A stretch of DNA of 64,000 bases, taken from the NCBI GenBank assembly GCA_035528115.1, contig DATKZF010000003.1, positions 292,651 to 356,650 of the forward strand. The letters run 5' to 3'. The notes under the pieces were generated by a model that searched no databases, was not told where the DNA came from, and saw only the letters and a program-made list of their open reading frames with translations. Origin of the DNA: Candidatus Bipolaricaulota bacterium (GTDB taxonomy: Bacteria > Patescibacteriota > Patescibacteriia > UBA11705 > DATKZF01). The first letter of the stretch is position 1. The number at the start of each line of letters is the position of its first letter. This document shows, piece after piece, positions 53,363 to 62,637 of the stretch. A program made the translations under genes and the position numbers.

Positions 53363-55094
53363 TCTTAAGCGGTTCGGTCAAATTTTCTATTTTTGAAAAA
53401 TTATTTTCGACGAAATATAAATTGTTCAAATACAAGCCGCCTTCGACTTCAACCGAATAGGCAAAAATTTCAGCGTCTTTTTCCCGCGAAACCGTCAATT
53501 CATCAGTAAACGGCCAAAACAGCCGTTTTTTTATGGTTTTCCCATCAATTTGATATTCAATCAGCATGGGCTTTTTATCTTCGCTTGCCTCAAAATTTTC
53601 AAGGTTGATTTTTACAAAATTAGCCTCATCAAAGGCAACCTCCTGTCCCGATTTTCCGTAAATCAAATATCTGTCTTTATTTTCCAGCAAAACAAGGCCG
53701 TTTTTTTTGATTTTTTCCAGCAACTCATCGCCACCGCTAGAATAATATTTTTGATAATACGGCCGATTGTCTTTTTGCAAATAAAAAGTCAGCAATTCGT
53801 CCTGATCAATGATCAAGTAATCCAACCCGGGCGTCTCGTATTTTTGATCGGAAAATTGTCGGTGGCCCCAAAAAATTCTGGTCGTTGAATAGACAACGTT
53901 TTTTTCGGACAAATAAACGGCCAAAGACGCGGGCGCGGCTACAATGGAATTTTCAATGGCCGTGGCCGGCGGCGCCGCCGCCGCCGTAGAGACGCGCCGC
54001 GGCGCGTCTCTACCCGCCCGCGCGAACGCGGGCGGCCACGGCCCGAAAAACCAATTTAAATAAATAATGGCCGCGATCAAAACAAACGGCGCCATTTTTT
54101 TGTAGGCGTTAAAAATAAAAATTTTGCCCGGCCGGTCATTTTTTAAAACCTCGATCAAAGCCAAATAGCAGGGAATAAAAAGCGGCGCGCCATAATGCAG
54201 ATTGGCGACCGGCGCGCCGAAGGCCAAGGCGATTTGCAAATAATAAAAAAGGCCGATAACCAGATATCTGGGACGCAGGAGCGGCAAAAAAACCAACGGC
54301 AAGAAAATCTGCACCAAAAGCTCCAGTTGTCCGAGGCTGAAAACGCGGCCAAGAACCGTGTGCCAATCAAAATAGACCAAAAATTTGCTGGCCTCGCCGT
54401 TAAAATGCTTTATCGTCAGCCAACCGATAATTAAAAACAATAGACTAGAAAAAATAGTCGTCAAAACCTTGGGAAAAAACAAGGCTTTTTGGAAACCGAC
54501 AATCCTTCTTTTTTCCAAAAAGATAAACAGAGCAAAGCCGAGTAGCAAAATTCCCATATCTTCCCTGATCAGCAAAGTCAAAAACAAAAAAACATAATAA
54601 CCGGCTTGATTGTTTTCAAGATAAAAATAGTACAGCCAAAAAAAGAAAAAGAACAAAAACGGCAAAAAGTGAAATTCGAACAAGTTCATGCCGATGATGA
54701 ACGGATTGAATAAATAGGCGATCAAAACCAAAATTGTTTTATTGAAATTTAAACTCTTTCGACAAATCAAATACAACGGCCAAGCTCCGAGGCCGATAAA
54801 CAACGTTTGCAAAAAGAGCAACAAAATCGGTGATTGTAAAAAATGATACAGCGGATAAAATATAAAAAACAAAAAGCTGAAATGGTCCGCAAAATACTGC
54901 GCTCCCTGCAAAGGCACGAACAAAAAATTGCCCGCGTCAAGACTTTGGAACGCCTGAAAAAAAATGGTCAAGTCAAGACCGTTATAAAGATGGTTGTGAT
55001 ATTTGAAAAGGCAAACCGAAAAAACAGCGGCCACGTAAACCGTGATTGAGCAAATTAGAATCACTTTGCGTTTCATATGACTTAATGATATCAA
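53355..55094 (-). CDS. Polytopic membrane protein (DUF2079-like) carrying an in-frame GC palindrome insertion
   Basis: N-terminal TM bundle; palindromic element at 53961..54040 encodes GRDAPRRVSTAAAAPPATA in frame. Confidence 0.5.
   Translation of the reverse strand: MISLSHMKRKVILICSITVYVAAVFSVCLFKYHNHLYNGLDLTIFFQAFQSLDAGNFLFVPLQGAQYFADHFSFLFFIFYPLYHFLQSPILLLFLQTLFIGLGAWPLYLICRKSLNFNKTILVLIAYLFNPFIIGMNLFEFHFLPFLFFFFFWLYYFYLENNQAGYYVFLFLTLLIREDMGILLLGFALFIFLEKRRIVGFQKALFFPKVLTTIFSSLLFLIIGWLTIKHFNGEASKFLVYFDWHTVLGRVFSLGQLELLVQIFLPLVFLPLLRPRYLVIGLFYYLQIALAFGAPVANLHYGAPLFIPCYLALIEVLKNDRPGKIFIFNAYKKMAPFVLIAAIIYLNWFFGPWPPAFARAGRDAPRRVSTAAAAPPATAIENSIVAAPASLAVYLSEKNVVYSTTRIFWGHRQFSDQKYETPGLDYLIIDQDELLTFYLQKDNRPYYQKYYSSGGDELLEKIKKNGLVLLENKDRYLIYGKSGQEVAFDEANFVKINLENFEASEDKKPMLIEYQIDGKTIKKRLFWPFTDELTVSREKDAEIFAYSVEVEGGLYLNNLYFVENNFSKIENLTEPLKIN
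53961..54040. repeat. GC-rich nested palindromic element (copy 3), located inside a CDS
   Basis: ggccgtggcc...gccgtagagacgcgccgcggcgcgtctctac...ccgcccgcgcgaacgcgggcgg...ggccacggcc. Confidence 0.8.
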
Positions 55095-55155
55095 ACATCA
55101 ACCAAACAAAAAAGCGCCCGCCAAAGACGGAACGCTTTCTTTTTCGCTTTCGTTA

Positions 55156-55572
55156 TTAAGCTCCCAAAGTCACATTGACCAATTCACCGACCACATAACT
55201 GGAAATGGCATAAGCCAACAAAACGATGACCAAGCCGATGATGCCGTTGATGATCCAGTCTTTGGCTTTTTTAACCTTTTCATCGGCTCCGCCGGCGGTC
55301 ATGTACAAAAAGCCTCCGTACAAGATGACCACGAGCAAAATAATGCCCATGAAAGTCAAAACGATTCTGATGATGTCGCCGATCACTACCGGCAAAGATC
55401 TTGACTCCGCTCCGAACTGATCGCCCGTCGTTCCCAATGTCCCGATAATGTCAGGCGTGCCCGCGGCGCCGGTGCTGTCGGCTAAAACCACTGCCGGCGT
55501 AACCAGCAACGCGATGGTTGCGAGCGCCAGTAAAGCCGGGACGAATTTTTTCAATGAAATTTTCGTACGCAT
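55156..55572 (-). CDS. VirB2/TrbC-like pilin-family protein (paralog 1)
   Basis: Signal peptide; two hydrophobic helices separated by the YMTAGG loop; KVKKAKDWIINGIIGL. Confidence 0.6.
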   Translation of the reverse strand: MRTKISLKKFVPALLALATIALLVTPAVVLADSTGAAGTPDIIGTLGTTGDQFGAESRSLPVVIGDIIRIVLTFMGIILLVVILYGGFLYMTAGGADEKVKKAKDWIINGIIGLVIVLLAYAISSYVVGELVNVTLGA

Positions 55573-55610
55573 AAATTTTTTAATTTATTGATATTTAAGT
55601 TAATTTTATT

Positions 55611-56000
55611 TTATGCCGCCGGGGGCAAACTGCCGCCCGTCGCTTCAATCATGCTTCTTACCACATAGTCTGAGATGGCGTAAGCCGATAGTACTATCGC
55701 TAAGCCGATCATGGCATTGATAATCATTTCCTTAGCTTTTTTTACCTGATTTGCATCCCCGCCGGCAGTCATCCACATGATGCCCGCATAAATTAATAAT
55801 AATAGTAAAATTACACCCAGCAAAGTCAAGATCACTCTAATTATTCTGCCCACGATGACCGCGATGCTCTCGGACTGAAGCCCTGCCTGATCGGCGGTTT
55901 GTTCTAATCCGGTCGCAATGGCCAGGGTTGGCTGAACGCAACTTGAAAAAAATATAATCGCCACGGACAATATAGTTATAATATATAAAAAATGATTCAT
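55611..56000 (-). CDS. VirB2/TrbC-like pilin-family protein (paralog 2)
   Basis: Signal peptide; IYAGIMWMTAGG; KKAKEMIINAMIGL. Confidence 0.6.
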   Translation of the reverse strand: MNHFLYIITILSVAIIFFSSCVQPTLAIATGLEQTADQAGLQSESIAVIVGRIIRVILTLLGVILLLLLIYAGIMWMTAGGDANQVKKAKEMIINAMIGLAIVLSAYAISDYVVRSMIEATGGSLPPAA

Positions 56001-56005
56001 ATTTA

Positions 56006-56374
56006 CTATGTTATACCTCCAGGCTGAATCTGCGAAAAAATATATTTTAGTATAGCATATGAAGCCAGCACTAAAATCAAACCAATTATCCCGTTAATTA
56101 TTATTGTTCTGGCTTTTTGCACTTTGGATTTAGCCCCCACTTGCAGGGTTATTGATCCGCCGGCGGTCATCCACAAAACTCCGCCGTAAATAATCATAAC
56201 CAAAAAAAGTACTCCAACAAATCCCAATGCATAATTCAAGATATTGCCGATAATTTCAGGCAACGCCTTGTCCGTCTGCAATTCCGCCTGACCCGCCGCC
56301 GTATTCAGTCCTTCTTGCAAGGCGCCGGCTTTGGCGCAGGAAATACCGACTAGTTCTTTTATCCATTGTCTCAT
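56006..56374 (-). CDS. VirB2/TrbC-like pilin-family protein (paralog 3)
   Basis: IIYGGVLWMTAGG; QKARTIIINGIIGL; no clear signal peptide. Confidence 0.55.
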   Translation of the reverse strand: MRQWIKELVGISCAKAGALQEGLNTAAGQAELQTDKALPEIIGNILNYALGFVGVLFLVMIIYGGVLWMTAGGSITLQVGAKSKVQKARTIIINGIIGLILVLASYAILKYIFSQIQPGGIT

Positions 56375-56379
56375 ATCGG

Positions 56380-56600
56380 TTACAAATTTACAAATCTTTT
56401 ACTAATGCACAAATTGTTACACGCTATATGTTACGAATTACAATATCCTATTTAACTTTCAGGTTATTTGTTACTAATTACAAGATTCTCAGGCTTAAGG
56501 CTATAGGTGAATGTCCCAATGGGATCACTTCGTGATACTTCGTAACAATACAAATAAAGAGCCATTTAGTGAATGTAATTCGTAACATCTTCTCGATTCA
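56380..56600. repeat. Repeat region B of the TTGTAATTCGTAACA family (inverted relative to region A)
   Basis: Reverse complement aligns to 40485..40600. Confidence 0.7.
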
Positions 56601-56675
56601 GCCATCTACAAAGATAAATGACTGAACCAAGAAGGGCAGAGTTTCCCAGCTGGGACGCAAACCCTGCCTCCTCTT

Positions 56676-57056
56676 TTATTCCGCGATTGTGGCTGAAACC
56701 AAGGAATTGATGACGAAAGTGGTAATGGCATATGCGGCCAAGATAATGGCCAAACCGATAATGCCGGAGATAAGCCACTGTCTGGCTGCCGTGACCTTTT
56801 CATCGCTGCCTCCGGCGGTCATGTATTTGAAGCCGCCGATTAAAACGATGACAATAGCCACCACACCCAAAAATCCCAACGCCGCTTTGATGATATCTCC
56901 GATCACTTCTCTTAAATCTCGAGTTGAATAACCAACGCTGTTTTCAATCGCGTTGAATCCGAAATCGATTTGAGCTGAAGCGAGCAAAGGCACGGCCGCC
57001 ATGAAAAGAACGGCCAATACCATGGTAGCGGTAGTAAACTTTTGAATTTTGTTCAT
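56676..57056 (-). CDS. VirB2/TrbC-like pilin-family protein (paralog 4)
   Basis: Signal peptide; LIGGFKYMTAGG; ARQWLISGIIGL. Confidence 0.6.
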   Translation of the reverse strand: MNKIQKFTTATMVLAVLFMAAVPLLASAQIDFGFNAIENSVGYSTRDLREVIGDIIKAALGFLGVVAIVIVLIGGFKYMTAGGSDEKVTAARQWLISGIIGLAIILAAYAITTFVINSLVSATIAE

Positions 57057-57084
57057 ATTTTTTATTACAAGATTACGAAATTTG

Positions 57085-57152
57085 CATACGAGATTGTACG
57101 GATTGGAATTATCTCGTATAATCTGTACACAAATCTGTAATCTCGTAAAAAC
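57085..57152 (+). repeat. Palindrome-rich ~70-nt element (copy 2)
   Basis: acgagattgtacggattgg...aatctgtaatctcgtaa, about 85% identical to 16248..16320. Confidence 0.7.
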
Positions 57153-57184
57153 TAAATTTATTCGACCTTTTATTAATTGTTAAA

Positions 57185-57973
57185 TTATTGAAATTGGGTT
57201 TGACATTTGGCGCGGCATTCTTTGGAGTCATTGGCGAGAAGGGCCATGCAATCCTTATATTGCTCATCTTGCTCGGGCTCATTGTATTCTTGAAGACAAT
57301 GATTTTCACCGTTGGTGTCCATTTGCTGGCAATCGGACAGGCAATCGCCTCGTTGCTTTTCGACGGAACCCAGTCCGCTGGTGAGCGGGGTTATTATCGC
57401 CGAAACAATAGCATAGCTCGAAAAAACCACAATCAAGCCCAGGATGGACCAAACCAAGGTACCGCGAGCCTTGCTCGCTTTTTCCGCCGCGCCACCCGAA
57501 GTCATATACATAATGCCTCCGTACACGAACATGGCCAAGGCGACCGAACCGATGATGCCAAGCAGGGCTTTGATGATTTTTCCCGCGATAGTGGGAACAT
57601 CCCCGCTAATCAATTCTCCCTTGATCGGCTCTTTATTTAAAAACGAATCCAGCTTTTGAATGGTCTGATTCAGCCCTCCTTCAGAGGCGGGTGTCGCCGC
57701 GGTTTCCGCCGTAGAGGAGGTGGGTTTGCAATAGGTCAGGCAAGTCGTTGAATCGGGCTGCGAACTGCAGGCATCCTGACTTAATAAATCCACGTCGACG
57801 TCCCCACAATAACAAACAGGGGCGTTGCCTGCGCCGCAAGCCGCGCAAATTTTTGCGCAATCTCCGACGGCGTTTTCGCAACTGGCGCAAAAACCGTCAG
57901 CCAGCGCGCTCGACGCGAAGCCAAGCGATAAAATCGCGCAAAAAAAGATGATTGAAAAAAGCTTAAACTTCAT
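57185..57973 (-). CDS. Pilin-family core embedded between Cys-rich N- and C-terminal extensions (262 aa)
   Basis: Signal peptide; 12 Cys in CASCENAVGDCAKICAACG...CYCGD; core VYGGIMYMTSGG; C-terminal 6-Cys region. Confidence 0.6.
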   Translation of the reverse strand: MKFKLFSIIFFCAILSLGFASSALADGFCASCENAVGDCAKICAACGAGNAPVCYCGDVDVDLLSQDACSSQPDSTTCLTYCKPTSSTAETAATPASEGGLNQTIQKLDSFLNKEPIKGELISGDVPTIAGKIIKALLGIIGSVALAMFVYGGIMYMTSGGAAEKASKARGTLVWSILGLIVVFSSYAIVSAIITPLTSGLGSVEKQRGDCLSDCQQMDTNGENHCLQEYNEPEQDEQYKDCMALLANDSKECRAKCQTQFQ

Positions 57974-57978
57974 ATTTA

Positions 57979-58332
57979 TTATCCTTGGAGCGCGCTTAAA
58001 ACGAATTTAATGATGACCCCGGCGCCCAAGATCAAAGCCAGACCGATTACCGACGTTGATAAGACTTTTTTGGCTTTGGACACCGTGTCCGAAGAGCCGC
58101 CGGAAAAAATATACATGAACCCGCCGATCACGAACATCAACAAGGCGATGGACCCACTCAGTCCCAAAATAATGCCGGCCACGTTGGCCATAAGATTTTC
58201 AACCGAACCCAGATTGCACTCCGTGGCGTCGCCCAAACATTCTTGCGGCACCAGAGTCGGCAGAGCGGCCATGACCGGACAGGCCACGAGCAGAATCAAT
58301 ATTGGCATTAATATTTTTTTCATAATTCTCAA
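57979..58332 (-). CDS. VirB2/TrbC-like pilin-family protein (paralog 6)
   Basis: Signal peptide; VIGGFMYIFSGG; SKAKKVLSTSVIGL. Confidence 0.55.
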   Translation of the reverse strand: MRIMKKILMPILILLVACPVMAALPTLVPQECLGDATECNLGSVENLMANVAGIILGLSGSIALLMFVIGGFMYIFSGGSSDTVSKAKKVLSTSVIGLALILGAGVIIKFVLSALQG

Positions 58333-58333
58333 A

Positions 58334-59704
58334 TTATTCTTTCCAAGTCAGCTTTATCCTCTGCGCGGCCAGGTCGATCGCGTCCTTGATTTTCTCACCG
58401 CTTAAAACATCATTTATTAAATCGGCAAACACCGATTCGGCGGCCGCGGAATCTTTGCCTCGATACCAGCTCTGAGCCGTCAGCAATTGATCCGCGAAAA
58501 CATCCAAGTCCGGATCATTGAGCTGTTCGTTGATCAGCGCCCTTAACGCCGTGGGGCGCTTGCTCGATGCTAAATATTTTCTGGCTTCATCCGGTGAGGT
58601 GATGAATTGAATGAAGTTCCAGGCGTGATTTACATTTTTGGTTTTTTTGGATACGGTTTCCACCCAATAATTGGCGTAATTGGTGCGATTGTCTTCATAT
58701 ATTTGAGGAGTTCCGGCGATGTCGTAATTCAATTTCGGCGCTCGAGAATCTATAACCGGAATATGGTAAGCATACCCGAAAAAATAAGCGGTCTGCCCGG
58801 TAATGAAAGCATCCAGCGAATTGGGCATGTCTTCGTTCCAAGTGTAAAACCCGCTGTCTATTTGAGAAAAACCCGTATAAAAAGTCAAAGCTTCCTGTCC
58901 GGGCGGCAATTGCGAGGTCGAGCCGGCAGGTTTTTGATTGAATAAAACATTGCCTTGCTTGTCCGCCATGACCGCGCGATTTTGCATCATCAACAGAGAC
59001 AAAATATCAAAAGATCTGACAATATTGTTGGCCGTGCCCAGAGCCACTCCCGAAATCAAAATATTTCCATCCGAATCTTTTTGGGTCAGTTGTTGCGCTT
59101 GGCTGATGAAATCCTCCCAATTTCTCGCCGGCTGGGCAATGTTCGCGTTATTTAACAAATCGCGATTATAGAACAAAACCAAGGTGTCCAAACTGATCGG
59201 CAGACCAAAGATCCGCTCGACCCCGTCCTGCGTCCAAATCACGTCTTGAGTCACCACTTCCGGAAAAATCTTGGGCGCGTCTTTGACGGCCAAAGAAGTT
59301 TTTACTTCATTGATCACGCTTTCTTTTTTTCTGATATCGCCTTCCGTTATCTTTCTGGCCACCTGCGTTTGAGCCGGCAGAGGGGAAATCAAGGTCTGAT
59401 ATTTATTCACCCACGTATTGTGTATGGAATAAATATCCGGTCCCCGATCCTGCGCGAAAGCCTCGATCAATTCTTTTTCATATTCTTCAAATCTGAATTT
59501 ACGGTAATTGATGGTGACATTGGGATAAATCGCTCGATAATCGTTGATTAATGTCCTAATATCGTTCGGTTCTTCCCAAACGCCCCAATATTCGAGCACC
59601 ACGGACTCATAAGAAACTGCCGGCGCGGATCCGCAAGACAGACCGGTGGTCAACAAAAACAATAATATCAAAAAAATAACGCTGGCTTTTATTTTTATTC
59701 TCAT
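58334..59704 (-). CDS. ABC transporter substrate-binding lipoprotein (family-1 solute-binding, sugar type)
   Basis: Lipobox LSCGS; length and composition typical of a sugar-binding SBP. Confidence 0.65.
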   Translation of the reverse strand: MRIKIKASVIFLILLFLLTTGLSCGSAPAVSYESVVLEYWGVWEEPNDIRTLINDYRAIYPNVTINYRKFRFEEYEKELIEAFAQDRGPDIYSIHNTWVNKYQTLISPLPAQTQVARKITEGDIRKKESVINEVKTSLAVKDAPKIFPEVVTQDVIWTQDGVERIFGLPISLDTLVLFYNRDLLNNANIAQPARNWEDFISQAQQLTQKDSDGNILISGVALGTANNIVRSFDILSLLMMQNRAVMADKQGNVLFNQKPAGSTSQLPPGQEALTFYTGFSQIDSGFYTWNEDMPNSLDAFITGQTAYFFGYAYHIPVIDSRAPKLNYDIAGTPQIYEDNRTNYANYWVETVSKKTKNVNHAWNFIQFITSPDEARKYLASSKRPTALRALINEQLNDPDLDVFADQLLTAQSWYRGKDSAAAESVFADLINDVLSGEKIKDAIDLAAQRIKLTWKE

Positions 59705-59726
59705 ACGGTAAAAATAATATTGCTCT

Positions 59727-60608
59727 TTATTTAATTGTTTTTTTCAAAAATGCCAAAAATTCTTTTCTCAAGCTCGCATTTTTCAAGCCGAAATTCACAT
59801 TGGCTCTCAGATAGCCGTGCTTATTGCCGCAATCATAGTACTCGCCTTCATATTCTAGCGCGTAGCCATCTTCTTCTTTCAATAAATCGTTAAAAGCGTC
59901 AGCCAGCCAGATTTCGCCGCCTTTGCCCGGCTTGGTATTTTCCAATTTTTCAAAAATTTTCTCGGACAAAACATATCTCATCCCCAAAATCGCCAAGTTC
60001 GACGGCGCGCTCGCGAGCGAAGGTTTTTCCACGGTTTTTTTTATTTTGTGCAATTTGCCGATCGAGGAAATCGGGTCCACAATGCCGTATCTGTCCACCA
60101 ATTTTTTATCAACCTTTTGCACGCCCACGTAATTGCCCGGATGTTTTTTATAACTTTGCAAAAGTTGCTTCATGGCCGGGACTTTGCTGTCGATGATGCT
60201 GTCGCCGTCGGAAAAAACAAACGGCTCATCGCCCACGATTTCTTTGGCCATCAGGAGAGCGTGGCCGTTGCCGAGAGGTTTGTTTTGCCTGACGTAAACG
60301 AATTTGGCCATGGAAGAAATTTTCCTGACCTCGGCCAATTCTTCTTTCTTGCCCTTTTCCTCCAATTGATATTCCAATTCAAACGACGGATCAAAATGAT
60401 CCTCAATCGCGCGTTTGGTTCTGCCGGTGATAAAAATAATTTCTTCAATGCCTGACGCCACCATTTCCTCAACAATATATTGAATAACGGGTTTGTCCAC
60501 GACCGGCAGCATTTCTTTCGGCTGGGCGATGGTGGCCGGCAAAAACCTGGTGCCGAAGCCCGCGACCGCGATAACCGCTTTTCTGATTGGCTTCATACGC
60601 TGTTTCAA
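59727..60608 (-). CDS. galU: UTP--glucose-1-phosphate uridylyltransferase
   Basis: KAVIAVAGFGTRFLPATIAQPKEMLPV signature. Confidence 0.85.
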   Translation of the reverse strand: MKQRMKPIRKAVIAVAGFGTRFLPATIAQPKEMLPVVDKPVIQYIVEEMVASGIEEIIFITGRTKRAIEDHFDPSFELEYQLEEKGKKEELAEVRKISSMAKFVYVRQNKPLGNGHALLMAKEIVGDEPFVFSDGDSIIDSKVPAMKQLLQSYKKHPGNYVGVQKVDKKLVDRYGIVDPISSIGKLHKIKKTVEKPSLASAPSNLAILGMRYVLSEKIFEKLENTKPGKGGEIWLADAFNDLLKEEDGYALEYEGEYYDCGNKHGYLRANVNFGLKNASLRKEFLAFLKKTIK

Positions 60609-60765
60609 AATAACGAATTAATATTCTCTTTCATTTTAACATATTTTTCAAATATCTGACAAAAAACTTATAAACAAAAAAGCGCGGGCGCCCGCCTTTG
60701 GCGGACTGTAAGAACAGAATAATATTCTGGCCCTACACGCGGACATGCGTCCGCCCTACCCGCGC

Positions 60766-61332
60766 CTATCCGAAAATACGCTTCTTCAAAACATTATAGC
60801 CATCGGGCTGTCTTAAGATTTTCGCCACGTCCACGGCGAAATCCCGTTCAAAAAATTCATCTGAAAAAACGATATTTAAAAATTCATCGAAATCAACCTC
60901 TTTTATTTCAATCTTCTCCCCGGGATCAAAATTTTGCTCGCCGATTTTCGCCGCGTTTCTGGCGACGTAGATAAAAATCGTCCAATCGATTTTGGATTCG
61001 GGTTCGTATTCCGCAAAAAGCTCCCAGTCATTTGTTTCCATGCCGCTTTCTTCTCTAAATTCCCTTTTCGCCGCTTCAAGCGGCTCTTCGCCCGCCTCGA
61101 TCCTGCCGCCGAAAAACGAATGGCACCAATCCATGTCGGGCTGCTTCTCGCGGGCGATTAAAATTTTATCTCCGACAGTCGGAATGATTTGCGCGGTGTT
61201 TGGCCGCTTGATCCGCTCGAAAGTGGCGCTCGAGCCGTCGAACATTTTCTGCTGCCATTGATAAACATCGAAAATTATTCCCTTGAAAACCTTTTTGGCG
61301 TCTTTTGGTATTTTCATAATTCTATATAACAT
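60766..61332 (-). CDS. NUDIX hydrolase
   Basis: Nudix box GGRIEAGEEPLEAAKREFREESG. Confidence 0.75.
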   Translation of the reverse strand: MLYRIMKIPKDAKKVFKGIIFDVYQWQQKMFDGSSATFERIKRPNTAQIIPTVGDKILIAREKQPDMDWCHSFFGGRIEAGEEPLEAAKREFREESGMETNDWELFAEYEPESKIDWTIFIYVARNAAKIGEQNFDPGEKIEIKEVDFDEFLNIVFSDEFFERDFAVDVAKILRQPDGYNVLKKRIFG

Positions 61333-61392
61333 TTCCCCAGATGCTAATGTTGCGGCATGAGTGAGCTGGAACGAAGCCAAATATTCGCAATT

Positions 61393-62277
61393 TTATTTTC
61401 CATAAACATTATCCAACAACCTGTTAAAAAAAGGAAAATCCTTCTTATCGTAGTGTTCGCTAATCATTGCCAAAACATCTTCTCTGCTTTTACTTTGATC
61501 TTTTAGATATTGAAATTGCTTGGTGAAGGTATAACGTTCAACTGGATTATTTGGATAGTAGACAGGCATTTTAATAACATCTTCATCAGTTGATTTAAGC
61601 AACTTCTTCATATCTTCAATTGCCTGTTTATCGCCTCCATGACTTTCAATTTGGCTAAGTTCATGTTCTAGATCTGTTCGAGAAATACTTGCGTATTGTG
61701 CGATATCCTCAAAAGCAAATTTTTGCATATTTCCGCGATAACTCTCAGGTGACTCAAAATCCAAAAAGTTTTGGCAATGCGCCAATTCATGACACAACCA
61801 AGCAATTTCATCGGGATTTCCCCGCGCTTCAAAATAACTCTGTTTGATTAAGATGAGTTGTTTTTCAGCACTTGATTCCGAGGGTTGGTTTCCCTTGTCC
61901 CATAAATCATCCGGGACCACCGCGATAGTAACTCCGTCTAATCTTTCATCATGAAGAGCCTCGCGTTGTGCTTTATATTTTGTTGGCAAATCCTTTGCTT
62001 TCAATAATCCTACTCTTTCAACAGCGCCTTCTTTTAAGCCAAGGTGTTCTTGCAAGTATTGTTTGGTATCGTTCTGTTCCAGAGGCCGCTCTAAGTCATG
62101 CGATACTCCGATCTCTGCTATTTTAGCGTCATCTTGTTTGTTTGCCTCTGCTCGCCCGGCTTCCACACCACCGGAACCCGGCTCCTCTGAATCGACAATC
62201 GGGGATTTTACAGGTTTTTCACCCTTTGGTAATTCAGGTTGTTGATCAATTGGTTTTGGTACTTTTTCAGCGTCCAT
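61393..62277 (-). CDS. Hypothetical acidic protein with an HExxH motif
   Basis: WLCHELAHC; no signal peptide. Confidence 0.45.
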   Translation of the reverse strand: MDAEKVPKPIDQQPELPKGEKPVKSPIVDSEEPGSGGVEAGRAEANKQDDAKIAEIGVSHDLERPLEQNDTKQYLQEHLGLKEGAVERVGLLKAKDLPTKYKAQREALHDERLDGVTIAVVPDDLWDKGNQPSESSAEKQLILIKQSYFEARGNPDEIAWLCHELAHCQNFLDFESPESYRGNMQKFAFEDIAQYASISRTDLEHELSQIESHGGDKQAIEDMKKLLKSTDEDVIKMPVYYPNNPVERYTFTKQFQYLKDQSKSREDVLAMISEHYDKKDFPFFNRLLDNVYGK

Positions 62278-62403
62278 ATTTTGTTTTTTATAATATTTTC
62301 TATTTTACTTAACTATCATTCATTAATATATTAGCATCGATCCGCGTCAACGAGCAATGATTGATTTTTTCACACGTTTATGCTATAATTCCTAAGATCG
62401 TGA

Positions 62404-62501
62404 TTTCATGTTTCATGTTTCATGTTTCATGTTTCATGTTTCATGTTTCATGTTTCATGTTTCATGTTTCATGTTTCATGTTTCATGTTTCATGTTTCAT
62501 G
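62404..62501. repeat. (TTTCATG)14 heptanucleotide microsatellite
   Basis: 14 perfect tandem units immediately 5' of tRNA-Ser, downstream of a TGcTATAAT -10 element. Confidence 0.95.
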
Positions 62502-62506
62502 AAAAT

Positions 62507-62596
62507 GGAGAGGTGGCCGAGTGGTTGAAGGCGCAGCTCTCGAAAAGCTGTAGGGGCGAAAGCTCCTCGTGGGTTCAAATCCCACCCTCTCCGCCA
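62507..62596 (+). tRNA. tRNA-Ser (CGA), class II
   Basis: Anticodon loop ctcgaaa, long variable arm, discriminator G, CCA. Followed by the 18-bp palindrome cgtcgctcgcgagcgacg. Confidence 0.85.
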
Positions 62597-62637
62597 CGTC
62601 GCTCGCGAGCGACGTGGCTCAGCCAATTTCCAAAATT

